Positions 1 through 9,978 of a DNA stretch of 64,000 bases are shown piece after piece. The position numbers were made by a program, and so were the translations under genes. Where the stretch lies: positions 1 through 64,000 of the forward strand of contig CAVWIG010000013.1 in assembly GCA_963754945.1 (NCBI GenBank), read 5' to 3'. Within the stretch, counting starts at the first letter, position 1. Each line of letters starts with the position of its first letter. The DNA is from Methanotrichaceae archaeon (GTDB lineage: Archaea > Halobacteriota > Methanosarcinia > Methanotrichales > Methanotrichaceae). The notes beneath the pieces were generated by a model. That model searched no databases. It saw nothing but the letters and a program-made list of their open reading frames with translations, and had not been told where the DNA came from.

Positions 1-30
1 TTTTATATCCATTACAAAAAAGTCTTAAAA

Positions 31-383
31 GTGAGACGCAAGAACAATGCGGCCCAGGCCAGGGACATTGCCCGACAGCGCATGGAGATCCTCTTCGACC
101 TTGCCTCCCTAGAGTTGCCCCTCCATCCAGAGAGATCCGACCGGTACGTCCAGATCGCAAGAATGATCGGGACTCGTATACGGATAAGGATGTCTTCTAA
201 ATGAAAAAGATGTTATGCAAGCACTGTGGCAGCTATCTCCCGGCTTCGGAAAGGAGGGTGAGATTAAGTCGTGGATGTATCACCTCCACCTGTCTGAGGT
301 GCGGCAAAAAAACTAGGATCCCATATGGGGTGGAGAGGCCAGTTTCGGCACAAAGACATCCCAAGTTATTTCAACGTATTTGA
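31..383 (+). CDS. rnp4: Ribonuclease P protein component 4 (Rpp21), split by an apparent frameshift at ~198-201
   Basis: Frame from GTG31 reads MRRKNNAAQARDIARQRMEILFDLA..ERSDRYVQIARMIG..RIRM, the Rpp21 N-terminus. ORF 201-383 supplies the CKHC...CLRC zinc ribbon. One extra A in TCTAAATG joins the two frames. Confidence 0.85.
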
Positions 384-394
384 GTGCCAAGAGT

Positions 395-715
395 ACACCC
401 AGATAGAGCCTGTCTAGAGCGCTGTTCGCGTCACTTAAGTCTGAAGACATCGATGGCCAGCTAGACTACCTAAGCTCATCGAGCTTCAGCCCAAAGTTAG
501 TCGCGAAGCCGATGGGCTCGAAACAGGACCGACTTCGCGGCAACCCGATGCCTTGGAGAGTTGCATGAAAGCGACAAGGAGGACCGCCATCTGCGCTTTT
601 GGCCACAAAAGGGCTTAAATCTCAGGCTGTGCATTATCGACGGCTTTGGAGTCAGACTTAAAGAGAAGAACTGTCTGTCTCGTGCGCACTACAAGCCTCC
701 GGCTCATCTGCGCCG
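395..715 (-). ncRNA. Candidate ~320-nt structured RNA or 3'UTR
   Basis: Nested stems 400-410/701-710, 435-444/652-661, 491-496/644-649, 502-508/533-539 and 540-544/560-564. G-U pairs favour the minus strand. Confidence 0.45.
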
Positions 716-1168
716 TTAAGCTGGATTTTGGTCCCCAGCCGCGGTCCCCAATTGCTCGTATCCAATGTAATCCAATATGATTTGCTTTTTGTCGCCGATA
801 AGTTCCTCCTCGCGTTCTAGAATCTGCTGTATCAAAGGAACTACGGGTGTTTTGTCATCCCAGTTCCTTATTAGGATGTCATCGGTGCCTGCATCCTTGC
901 GTACCTTGTCAGCTACAAAAGCGCAAAGGAAGATATCATCAACGAAGCCCAAGGGGCCGTATTTCTCCTCTGGTATGACGTCCTCGGGAAGGATGAAGTA
1001 AGCTATTGAGGCAATCACAAGAGGCGACAGATGACCTGGAAGGGCTGGATCATCAAGCAACCGGGTCATCAACTTATAAAGTGTGGGAGCCTTACTTATG
1101 AGTTCGCTATGTTTGCCTTTGTAGCCTGAGACTTCCTGCTCGAGTAGTTTATCGAATCTCTTCATCAT
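716..1168 (-). CDS. YkvA/DUF1232 family protein
   Basis: Motif IAYFILPEDVIPE..GPLGFVDD. Start placed at MMKRF, after a GGAGG site, rather than at 1210. Confidence 0.8.
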   Translation of the reverse strand: MMKRFDKLLEQEVSGYKGKHSELISKAPTLYKLMTRLLDDPALPGHLSPLVIASIAYFILPEDVIPEEKYGPLGFVDDIFLCAFVADKVRKDAGTDDILIRNWDDKTPVVPLIQQILEREEELIGDKKQIILDYIGYEQLGTAAGDQNPA

Positions 1169-1414
1169 GAACCCTCCAACTCTTGAATGAGTTGTGCACC
1201 TTGTGGCCATAGTGTCTTATGAGCAGGCCATTGCTCCATTTAGGTGCTCACTAGACTCTGTCTAAGACCATAACTTAGCATCTATCATAGCGTATCGGTT
1301 AGTTAACTTTATGCCTTGACCAATGGGTGAAAATTTTTTATCGAATATCGTAGATTGAATTGTGAGTATCAATAAACCTATATATCCATTAGTCATGATT
1401 AATGCCGATCAACC

Positions 1415-2283
1415 ATGGAGCTAACTCCTGTCCAAAGAGATATCTTGACCGCCCTGATAAACATTTATCGTAAAGAGGATCGAGCCGTCAAAGGCGAGGA
1501 GATTGCGGGACTCATTGACCGCAACCCTGGGACTGTCCGGAACCAGATGCAGTCCTTGAAAGCATTGAATCTTGTCGAAGGCGTGCCTGGGCCAAAAGGT
1601 GGCTACAAGGCCACCGGTTCCGCATACGAAGCCCTCAGCCTGGACGCTACCGGAGACGTAGTTGTCGTTCCCATCGTAAAGAACGGAGTTGTGGTCGATG
1701 GGGCAACTGCAAGCGAGATTGTCTTCAATAAGGTAATGTTGTCCCACGAGTGTGTGGCGGAACAGTACGCATATTAGGCAACGTGAAGGACTTCAATGTC
1801 GGAGACGAAATCCGAATCGGACCTACACCTGTGAACAAGCTCTATATTCGAGGGGATGTCACGGGCAGGGACGACACCATGTCCAGGCTTATATTTCACG
1901 TTAAAGAGCTCATTTCAGTGCCGAGGATTCCAGTCAAGAAGATAGCGCAACGTGCTGTTCATATTGATCCTGATGTCACCGTCCAAGAGGCAGCCAGAAT
2001 ATTGATGTATAACGGAGTTCGAGAGGCACTGGTCGATGAAAATTCTCTTGGCCTTGTCAGCATGACCGACATAACCCGAGCAGTAGCCGAAGGCAGGACC
2101 GGTCTCGGAGTCAGGGATATTATGACTCGTGACTTTTTGACCATAGATTCGAAGGAGCTAATCTTCGAGGCTGTCAAGATTCTGGGAAGGAGTGGGTCGA
2201 GCCAGCTCGTAGTCTTTGATTCAGGAGCTCTTTGGGGAATAATCACCCCAGAAGATCTGATCGATGCTCTCACGCCGAACTGA
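1415..2283 (+). CDS. HrcA-like wHTH + CBS-pair transcriptional regulator, frameshifted at ~1750
   Basis: ORF 1415-1777 (ELTPVQRDILTALI..RNPGTVRNQMQSLKALNLVEGVPGPKGGY) and ORF 1750-2283 (CBS pair) form one known archaeal architecture. An extra GT in GAGTGTGTGGC separates them. Confidence 0.8.
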
Positions 2284-2516
2284 TCTTCCACATTTGAGAA
2301 ACGCTAATGAGTCCTATCTCTTCCCAAAATCAACATATGTTGTTACCAGTAAGTAATGCCAGGGCAAAGGCCAAAGGATAATAGCCTTAGAAGCGTCTGT
2401 TCCTCCATCAGGCTTAAATGATCTGGGCCTTTAGGAACAGGTGCTCGTGAATTTATAGTCCTTTATATATGACGTAGGTTAAATCTTTATACTCTTAGAG
2501 AGACATCTAAGCAAGG

Positions 2517-4454
2517 ATGCATGGAATGAATGCTGTTAATATCATCGAAGATTACAACAAGGCTTTGGGTACATATCAGAGGATATCTGCCTTAGAGATG
2601 GACCCTGTCCAGAGGGCCAACATTCAGAGGAAGGTCGGAGACATTTACTCGGAAATCTCTAGGCAAGAGGACAAAGTAAAGAACTACAAGCTGGCAATTG
2701 CAGCTTACCAGATGGCCCTGGAGGCCTTTACCTTGGAGAACCATCCTGCCCAAAGAGCCAGAGTCCAGAAGGCTATCGGATCAGCCTACCTCGATATAGG
2801 CGAAACGGAGCAAAGGGCTGAAAACTGCCGATCTTCGGCTGCAGCCTTCAAGGAAGCTCTGAATTATTATCTCCCCGAGAGCTTCTCAACCGACTATTCC
2901 GAGATCCAGGCCAGTCTTGGAGTAGCCTACAGGAGACTGGCCGAATTCGAGGAGAAGGTGGCCAATTGTTTGCTAGCTATAAGAGCCTGCAAGGAAGCCC
3001 TCAAATTTTACACATTTAAAGACTATCCAGCCAAGTTTGCAGACGTGCAGATCAACCTGGGAATGGCCTATGCAGCTCTCGCCGAAGTTGACGCGAGAGA
3101 AGAAAATTGTGGAAACGCGATACGCGCCTACGTTAGGGCCCTGGATGTCTACACCTTTGACCGTTCGCCACTTGTATACGCCTCAGTTCAAAACAATCTG
3201 GCCGCAGCATATACCGCGCTATCAAAAGCGAAAGAGAAGGCGACCAATTGCTGGCGTGCCATTGAGGCTTGTGATGAAGCCCTCCGGGTGAGGACCAAAG
3301 AACGGTTGCCGTTCGCCCATGCGGCTACTCAGAATAACCTGGGAAACGCATATCTGACTCTGGCTGAGGCTGAAAGTGGGTTTGAAAACTGCCGACGGGC
3401 CGTTGATGCTTACAATAAAGCTCTTGAGGTCTACTCCATCGAGAAGTTCCCTGTTCAGTATGCTTTGACAGAGAGCAACTTGGCAAACGCCTACTTAGTC
3501 ATCGCCGAATCAGACCATAAGTTCGATAACTGTCGGGAGGCCATCAAGGCCTGTAAGGAGGCGCTCAAGGTCTACAACCTCGAGGATTTCCCTGAAGATT
3601 ATGCAGATATTCAGGGATGCCTGTGGGTTGCCCACTCCACGCTGGCAGACTCGGAGTATCGGGCGGAAAACTGCATCCTGGCTCTGGATGCCTGCCAGGA
3701 GCGGCTCAAGGTCTACACCGTAGCCAGTCCGGAACAGTACGCATCTTGCCAGAAGGATCTAGCCATAACCTATAGCATGCTGGCAAACGTAGAGGACACA
3801 CCCGAAGACAAGGCATGGGATTGCAAGAAGGCTATTGCCGCCTGCGACGAAGCAATGAAGTTCTACACCCCTAAAGATCGGCCGACGGAGTACGCCGAAA
3901 TTCAAAACCTCCTCTGGACGGCTTTTACCTCTCTTGCCGAGGTAGAGGATAAAGCCGAAAACTGCCGGAAGGCGATTGTTGCCTGCCAGAGTTCCATGGA
4001 GATCTACGAGAAGAACAGTCATGATTATGCAGATGCGCTCAAAAACCTGGGCTACACTTACGTAACCCTCGCCGAGACTGAAAGTCTGAAAGAGAACTGC
4101 AAGTTAGCCATCGAATCGTACAAATCTGCCTTGGAGGTCTACTCAGCAGATATAGCGTCCTTTGAGCATGCAGAAATCCAGAGGGACATTGGATACACGT
4201 ACCTCCTTCTTTCGGATGTAGAGGATAAGGCAGAAAACTGTAAGAAGTCAGTAAAAGCCTACAAGAAAGCCTTTAAAGCTTATTCCGACTCCTCCAGAGA
4301 GTTTGAATCTGTCGGGGACACGAGGTCAGCCGAGGCCAGAGAGAAAGCAGACAAGTGTCAGAATGCCATCGAAGCTTGCAGGAAGATCCTCAAAACTTCC
4401 AGGAAAGCCATGGACGCTTCCGCCAAAAAACGGCGAGACACTAAGGAAGCATAA
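2517..4454 (+). CDS. Tetratricopeptide-repeat protein with periodic Cys residues
   Basis: About 13 repeats of YA..QNNLG.AY..LA....ENC..AI.A...AL. Confidence 0.85.
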   Translation: MHGMNAVNIIEDYNKALGTYQRISALEMDPVQRANIQRKVGDIYSEISRQEDKVKNYKLAIAAYQMALEAFTLENHPAQRARVQKAIGSAYLDIGETEQRAENCRSSAAAFKEALNYYLPESFSTDYSEIQASLGVAYRRLAEFEEKVANCLLAIRACKEALKFYTFKDYPAKFADVQINLGMAYAALAEVDAREENCGNAIRAYVRALDVYTFDRSPLVYASVQNNLAAAYTALSKAKEKATNCWRAIEACDEALRVRTKERLPFAHAATQNNLGNAYLTLAEAESGFENCRRAVDAYNKALEVYSIEKFPVQYALTESNLANAYLVIAESDHKFDNCREAIKACKEALKVYNLEDFPEDYADIQGCLWVAHSTLADSEYRAENCILALDACQERLKVYTVASPEQYASCQKDLAITYSMLANVEDTPEDKAWDCKKAIAACDEAMKFYTPKDRPTEYAEIQNLLWTAFTSLAEVEDKAENCRKAIVACQSSMEIYEKNSHDYADALKNLGYTYVTLAETESLKENCKLAIESYKSALEVYSADIASFEHAEIQRDIGYTYLLLSDVEDKAENCKKSVKAYKKAFKAYSDSSREFESVGDTRSAEAREKADKCQNAIEACRKILKTSRKAMDASAKKRRDTKEA

Positions 4455-4469
4455 GTCGGATAGGAAAAG

Positions 4470-4946
4470 ATGAAAGAACTGACGTACAAGCAGATTGCAG
4501 CGTACTTTCACCGCTCTTATGCCGCAGCAGACGGGCTGTGGTTCATGAAGGTCGAAGAAAAGTTCGGTTTTGAAACTGCTCTGGATATCGACGACCAGGT
4601 GTGGAAAGTCCTGCCCAAGATCCAGGCCAGGATGCTCAAGTCCATGCTGCTCTTGGATGAAGGAATGGAGGGGCTAGGTGAAGGCATTGAGACTCGGCTT
4701 GCTCTGGAGGGGTTCGAGTTCGAGGCCGAGAAGGAAAACGGCGGTCTCAAATTCTTCATCAAGCGTTGTCCATGGCATGAACTCATGGTCAAATCAGGCC
4801 GAGAGCATCTATCGGAAAAGGTGAGCAGCTTGATCTGCAGGGAGGAGAACTCGGTTTGGGCCTCGGAGTTCGGCGATATCAGCTTTGAGCTGGACGAACA
4901 GATCTGCAAGGGCTCTGAAAGATGTGTCTTGAGCTTCTGCCTTTGA
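4470..4946 (+). CDS. DUF6125-like / V4R-related small ligand-binding protein
   Basis: ADGLWF..VEEKFG, CPW and C-terminal CxGxxxC pattern. Confidence 0.6.
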   Translation: MKELTYKQIAAYFHRSYAAADGLWFMKVEEKFGFETALDIDDQVWKVLPKIQARMLKSMLLLDEGMEGLGEGIETRLALEGFEFEAEKENGGLKFFIKRCPWHELMVKSGREHLSEKVSSLICREENSVWASEFGDISFELDEQICKGSERCVLSFCL

Positions 4947-5096
4947 CCGTATCATGGATTAAGAAATGGATTAAGAGAGTTCGAACCTTATAGAATTCAT
5001 GAACATCGAGTTGTAACGCCGGTCTTACATCGAGAAGATTCATATCTTTAATGCATCAATCTTTGCTGAAACGAACAGCTCAATAAGCCCGAATTT

Positions 5097-6050
5097 ATGA
5101 AAAATGTAATGATCTACGGGGCAGGGGCAATAGGCTCATTTGTGGGTTACTTGCTCTCAGATGGTGCAGGAGACGCCTTAATCGAGAATGTGGCGCTTCT
5201 GGGCAGGAGGAGCCATATTCAAAAGATAATCAAAGTCGGTCTACGAATCGATTTTCCGGAAGGGCACAAGTGTCTGAGATTCAGGCATTGTTTTTCTTGC
5301 CTCGACGAACTGTGTAGTTCGAACTTTTTTCCTGATATTGTGATCGTATGTGTCAAGGCATATTCGCTGCAACGAGTTTTGGATGAGATAATGGCGTCTG
5401 GGGCGCTTAACGGGAATTTAAAGAACGCGGATTTTACGCTCTTGATGAATGGTATGGGAAACAGGGAAGTTTTCAAACTGCCTTTGAATAACGTTTTCGA
5501 AGGCATTACCTCTATTGGCGTCAATTTTCCTGAAGATGGCTCAATCGAGCTTAAGGGAAGAGGTAAGACGGTTTTTGAGGACGGAATCGGACCGGAAATC
5601 AAACATTTCATGGGAGAGATGTTTGAAGAAAAGGGCTTCGAGATAGAATTTGCAAAGGACTTTAAGAACCACCAGTGGAACAAACTTTTCGTAAATTCAG
5701 TGATAAATCCGATAACCGCCCTGACAAGAAAACATAACGGCATCGTCCTTTCAAAATACCTCGAGGACACGATCGAAAATATAGTTGAAGAATGTGTGAG
5801 CGTTGCTGCCAAGGAGGGGTGCGTAGCGAATAAAGACATAGTCCTCGACCTTGTTCACTCGATCGCCTCGAAAACATCCATGAACACTTCGAGTATGCTT
5901 CAAGACGTGCAGAGAGGTAGGATGACGGAGATCGATTCCATAAACGGCCGTGCGATCAGACTGGCCAGAAAGCACGGCATAAAAGTTCCGGCAAATGAAA
6001 CATTGTACGCACTTGTGAAATCGATGGAAGATACTACCTTTCAACTCTGA
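5097..6050 (+). CDS. panE: 2-dehydropantoate 2-reductase (ketopantoate reductase)
   Basis: GAGAIG Rossmann motif, VKAY, KLFVNSVINP, SSMLQD, TEIDSING. Confidence 0.92.
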   Translation: MKNVMIYGAGAIGSFVGYLLSDGAGDALIENVALLGRRSHIQKIIKVGLRIDFPEGHKCLRFRHCFSCLDELCSSNFFPDIVIVCVKAYSLQRVLDEIMASGALNGNLKNADFTLLMNGMGNREVFKLPLNNVFEGITSIGVNFPEDGSIELKGRGKTVFEDGIGPEIKHFMGEMFEEKGFEIEFAKDFKNHQWNKLFVNSVINPITALTRKHNGIVLSKYLEDTIENIVEECVSVAAKEGCVANKDIVLDLVHSIASKTSMNTSSMLQDVQRGRMTEIDSINGRAIRLARKHGIKVPANETLYALVKSMEDTTFQL

Positions 6051-9000
6051 AACGCTGCCTCCAGAAGTCCCCAACCCTTGCCTTTCCGGTAGGCCATTGC
6101 AGCCTCTCGCACCAACTCCGCAAACTTGTCCTGGGTGTACCTCATTTGAGAAGCCATCCGTTCTATCACCGGCTCCACATTCCTGACCTCAGAGCTCCCT
6201 ATCGATCTAAGAATTATGCCGCTCAGGGCCAAGAGCTTCATTCCATCATTCATGTTGTGGCTGAGACGTACTGCAAGAATGCCGAGTTGGAAGAAAGCTG
6301 CCGCCTCACCGGATTTATCTCCGGTCTGCTGGTAGATCTTAAGAGCATCCATGAATTTTTCGCTAGCTTCCTGGACTTTTCCTTTCTGAGCATCGATCAT
6401 AGCCAGACTGTGAAGTGCTGCAGCCTCTCCCACATGGTCGCTGATCTGTCTCCTGATCTTCAGGGCCCTCTGAAACTTCTCGGTGGCAGAATCGAAATCC
6501 TCGTTCTCCATATCCAAAGATGCCAGATCGTTGAGTGCAGCCGCCTCGCCTGCTGGATGGCCCAATTTTCTGAAGATCTCCACGGACCTATTGAGCTTCT
6601 CGATTGCAACATCTCGATTTTTTTGGTGCAGGTCGATTGTGATGAGGTCTTTCAGCGTAGAGACCTGTCCTGCCAAGTCCTCAGTTTTAATTTGAGTTTG
6701 CAGAACCTTGTTCAGATTCTCCTTGGCATTCTCGTAGTCTCCTTTAGCCATATCCGCTGATGCCAAGCCACGAAGCACTTCGGCCTCGCCGTTTACGTCG
6801 CCCTTTCGCCTGTAGACATCTCGGGCATAACGTAGGTTTTCTTCCGCCTCATCGTATCTGCCCTGGCGGAGGTCGATTGAGGCAATTCCAAGCCACGATG
6901 CAGCATCGTCTTCTTCCGATCTGCCTGGAGCTTTGAGGCCCCTCTGATACCACACCAGAGCATGCCCAAAGTCCTCCCGTTCGGAGAACGCCTGGGCTAT
7001 CCATCTGATCGGCACTGGATGGTCGTTCTGCACAAGAAGCTCCTGGTTAAGCCTTAGAACCTCACCATAAAACCCTCGGGCCATCATCGTGGCACTGATG
7101 CGGCTTGTTACCTCGATGGCCTTCTCCAAAACACTTGCCGCAAGAAAGTGAGCCCGCGATTCCAACGAGCATTCCAGATTTGTAAGTCCAAGCTCTTTGC
7201 ATGTTTTTCCTTTGACGGGCATGTCGAGAAGATCACCCGCTGCTTCGTGTGCCTGCTTGGCCTCCTCTTTGCTCAGTTTTTTAGTCAGCCAGACTCTAAG
7301 CTCTTTTTTGATGACGAGGAGACCGTTATCTTCCCGGAATGCCAGAGCTTTCTTGGTCCACTCTTCTGAGAGATCTTTGATCCGTTCCTGCGGCACTCCG
7401 TTTAAGGCCTCGAGTCCGTCCAGGTTGAAGGGAACATTATAAACTGCCGCCCTACAGAGAGAGGCCTGTGAATCAGGACTCAATGAGCCATAAAGCATGG
7501 ATGTAATCTCATCGCAAAAGCTGGTAGAGGACTGCGAAACAGACTGAGCTTCTGCAATGAAATGAGCAGGATTAGCAGGGCTAATATCTCCAAGCGCTCT
7601 GCTAGTCCTGTCAAAGCATAGCGGCAATCCCTCAGTTTTTTCGTAGATTTGCGCGAGCGTTTGATGATTCAATTCCCCAGATCTAAGACGTGCGGCTATA
7701 TCTTCATCCCTTTGAAGGAACCTGAAGAAATCTGCCTTGGTCAATCCTGTAACGGCATACTCCCATGCCCTCTGGGGCAAGGTCATCGCGTTCCCAGGCA
7801 GGCGTTCGCTGGTGACGATGGCCCTGGAGCGATCGAGGTTGTTCAGGACCTGCGAATAGAACATGGCTACGCCCGTATCATTTATCCGTCCTGACTCGTC
7901 CAGGTTGACCTCAAAGCCATCGAGAACCAGGAGGAACTGGCCCAGGTTCAATGCTTCGATGGCTTCCTTGAGGCGCTTATCTGCGGAATTCCCCGGGTTC
8001 CTCAAGGAATGGACTGCAGCCTGGAGGCTCTCTGCAAGATCGTTCCTGCCCAGCGCCCGGCGTTCGGCAGCAGCCCTGTGAAAAGCGCTACCCATTGCAT
8101 CGATCAGCCTGGCGGCGCTTAAAGTGTTCTCTATAGAGCTAGAAATAGCGATGACAGTGAACCCTGCCAATTCAAGCTCTTCTGCAAGCCTTACCACCAG
8201 GGTGCTCTTTCCAGATCCATGAGAGCCTGTTATGATCACTGCTTTCACTGTGCCTTCTCTTAATGCCGGCACAAGGCGCTGTAGCTCTCTTCTCCGTCCC
8301 ACGAAATTCTCTGTGTACCCTTCAGTCGCGCCTTTCAGGGGCTGCTGTCTGGAAAGGAGAGGCTGAGGCAGAACAGATCTTTGTTGGGGATCGAAAGTCC
8401 TGTTCTGATCAGTCACGGAATAGAGTGAAGGAAAGGCGAACAAGGCCGCCCCCTGTCTGCGAACAGCTCCGATCTCATGGCGCATTGATGTCATCGCGCT
8501 TTCTAGGGCGTTTCCATAAGCCAATTCTCCATAGAATGCTCTTACAGCAGATTCAGCATCTGCAATTGAGCCAGGCCAGCTCACGGCCAAGGGCAAACCT
8601 GCCCTTACCAGCTCGATTCCAAGGTTTGACAGAGCGTAAGGACTCTTGCCCTGGCAACCGCTCAGGAATACCAGCTGAACTCCTGGCATTGCCTTCAGAA
8701 TGTCTGCGGATGACTTGAGATCGGCAATTCCATCGACCCCCTCGAAGGCGAAGTAGTTCTGGCCGTCTTTCACAACTCCTTGTCCGACCAGATGGACGAT
8801 CTGGGGCCCGAATTCATCAACTCTCTTTCCGAGCTCCTCGAAGGTTCCCAGATCGCATAAATCCCAGACAACTTCCATGCCCCCTAATGCTTTGAAAAAA
8901 GCTTCCTCCTCCTTAGCGTAGTCCAGGGATTGTCTTGGGGCGCATGCAGCAAAGACAACTCGCAAAGGTCCAGGTGGTAGACGGCCTTTGAACTGGGGCA

Positions 9001-9424
9001 GAGAGTTCTGTTGCACTGGCAAGCGTAGGATGCCAATAGATGGGTCGAACCCCAGCATCTCTCCGTCAGGAGGGCGCACTATCTCCCATGGCAGGATCAG
9101 AACTTCGTGGATGTCCGTTGCCACAACCAGGTTGACCTTGCCACAAGAGGCTCTGGATCTTATTTGGGCCCAAGCCACCTCGAAGAAGAGATGGAACAGT
9201 CCTGACCCCAGGATCTCCAGGTAATCGGTCGTATTGTATCGGCAGCTCTGATCAAAGAGCGACTGGTACTGCCCGGATATTTCCCCGATTTCCTGCGACT
9301 CAACAGGCGTTAGAGTTCGGTCATCCAGGCTCTTGCCGTCGACCATGATGGTAAATGTATAGCTCCGGGCTCCAGGTGTTCCAGATTCCCTCACATACAG
9401 AATAACGGTTGATTCGTTGCTCAT
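6041..9424 (-). CDS. CHAT-domain + P-loop NTPase (STAND-like) + TPR protein
   Basis: LPWE, IVHLVGQG and VFLSGC (CHAT); FVGRRREL, GSHGSGKS and LLVLDGFE (NTPase); C-terminal TPRs. Confidence 0.85.
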   Translation of the reverse strand: MSNESTVILYVRESGTPGARSYTFTIMVDGKSLDDRTLTPVESQEIGEISGQYQSLFDQSCRYNTTDYLEILGSGLFHLFFEVAWAQIRSRASCGKVNLVVATDIHEVLILPWEIVRPPDGEMLGFDPSIGILRLPVQQNSLPQFKGRLPPGPLRVVFAACAPRQSLDYAKEEEAFFKALGGMEVVWDLCDLGTFEELGKRVDEFGPQIVHLVGQGVVKDGQNYFAFEGVDGIADLKSSADILKAMPGVQLVFLSGCQGKSPYALSNLGIELVRAGLPLAVSWPGSIADAESAVRAFYGELAYGNALESAMTSMRHEIGAVRRQGAALFAFPSLYSVTDQNRTFDPQQRSVLPQPLLSRQQPLKGATEGYTENFVGRRRELQRLVPALREGTVKAVIITGSHGSGKSTLVVRLAEELELAGFTVIAISSSIENTLSAARLIDAMGSAFHRAAAERRALGRNDLAESLQAAVHSLRNPGNSADKRLKEAIEALNLGQFLLVLDGFEVNLDESGRINDTGVAMFYSQVLNNLDRSRAIVTSERLPGNAMTLPQRAWEYAVTGLTKADFFRFLQRDEDIAARLRSGELNHQTLAQIYEKTEGLPLCFDRTSRALGDISPANPAHFIAEAQSVSQSSTSFCDEITSMLYGSLSPDSQASLCRAAVYNVPFNLDGLEALNGVPQERIKDLSEEWTKKALAFREDNGLLVIKKELRVWLTKKLSKEEAKQAHEAAGDLLDMPVKGKTCKELGLTNLECSLESRAHFLAASVLEKAIEVTSRISATMMARGFYGEVLRLNQELLVQNDHPVPIRWIAQAFSEREDFGHALVWYQRGLKAPGRSEEDDAASWLGIASIDLRQGRYDEAEENLRYARDVYRRKGDVNGEAEVLRGLASADMAKGDYENAKENLNKVLQTQIKTEDLAGQVSTLKDLITIDLHQKNRDVAIEKLNRSVEIFRKLGHPAGEAAALNDLASLDMENEDFDSATEKFQRALKIRRQISDHVGEAAALHSLAMIDAQKGKVQEASEKFMDALKIYQQTGDKSGEAAAFFQLGILAVRLSHNMNDGMKLLALSGIILRSIGSSEVRNVEPVIERMASQMRYTQDKFAELVREAAMAYRKGKGWGLLEAAFQS

Positions 9425-9714
9425 AAACCCCGACCACCTTGTGCCAGAGAGGCATTGAGGTAGATCGACAGCCAGAACGATATTTCGCTATTCAGGCTGG
9501 ACATCACAGATGCAATAGAAGCTGAGCGGATTATGGTTCCTCCTAGACGTTTCGGATGTGGAATTCATGTGTTCTAGAATTTCATGTATATTTGTCTCCC
9601 AAATCCTATGAACCTATCTGCTTCTTTAGCCAATTCAAGCTGGGCTGGCAAAGGATATATCCTGCAATATCCTGTAATCTACGGATATTTTTGATAACAT
9701 CGGGAGATTAGGCG

Positions 9715-9978
9715 TTGATTTTAACCAGGTGGTTGGAGTTTGACACTCGCATCGGAGACGTCACCGATATAACGGAAAAGGTTGCCGCTACAGTTCAAGA
9801 GTCTGGACTACAAGCTGGCATAGCCGTGGTATTCGTTCCTGGTGCAACCGGAGCCGTAACCACAATAGAGCACGAGCCGGGACTGGTCGATGACATCAGA
9901 GATGCCCTGGAGAGGATTGCTCCTGAACAGAATGAGTACGCCCACGATCAAAAGTGGGGAGACGGAAATGGCCACTCC
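9715..9978 (+). pseudogene. yjbQ: YjbQ/UPF0047 protein, 3'-truncated by IS481
   Basis: DIT..V, FVPGATGAVTTIE.EPGL and GNGHS motifs. The sequence breaks at the IS481 end and the expected continuation is not found beyond the IS. Confidence 0.85.

Noticed and set aside
682-690. GTGCG as a group II intron 5' end
   Set aside because: It lies inside a palindromic stem; no domain V or reverse transcriptase is nearby.
395-715. RNase P RNA, SRP RNA or hammerhead ribozyme (CTGAAGA at 441)
   Set aside because: No GAGGAAAGUC/P4 or SRP helix-8 motif; no stem II followed by GAAA in the right register.
6146-9224. Plus-strand ORFs inside the CHAT gene, and similar shadow ORFs elsewhere
   Set aside because: Antisense or alternate-frame shadows of well-supported genes.
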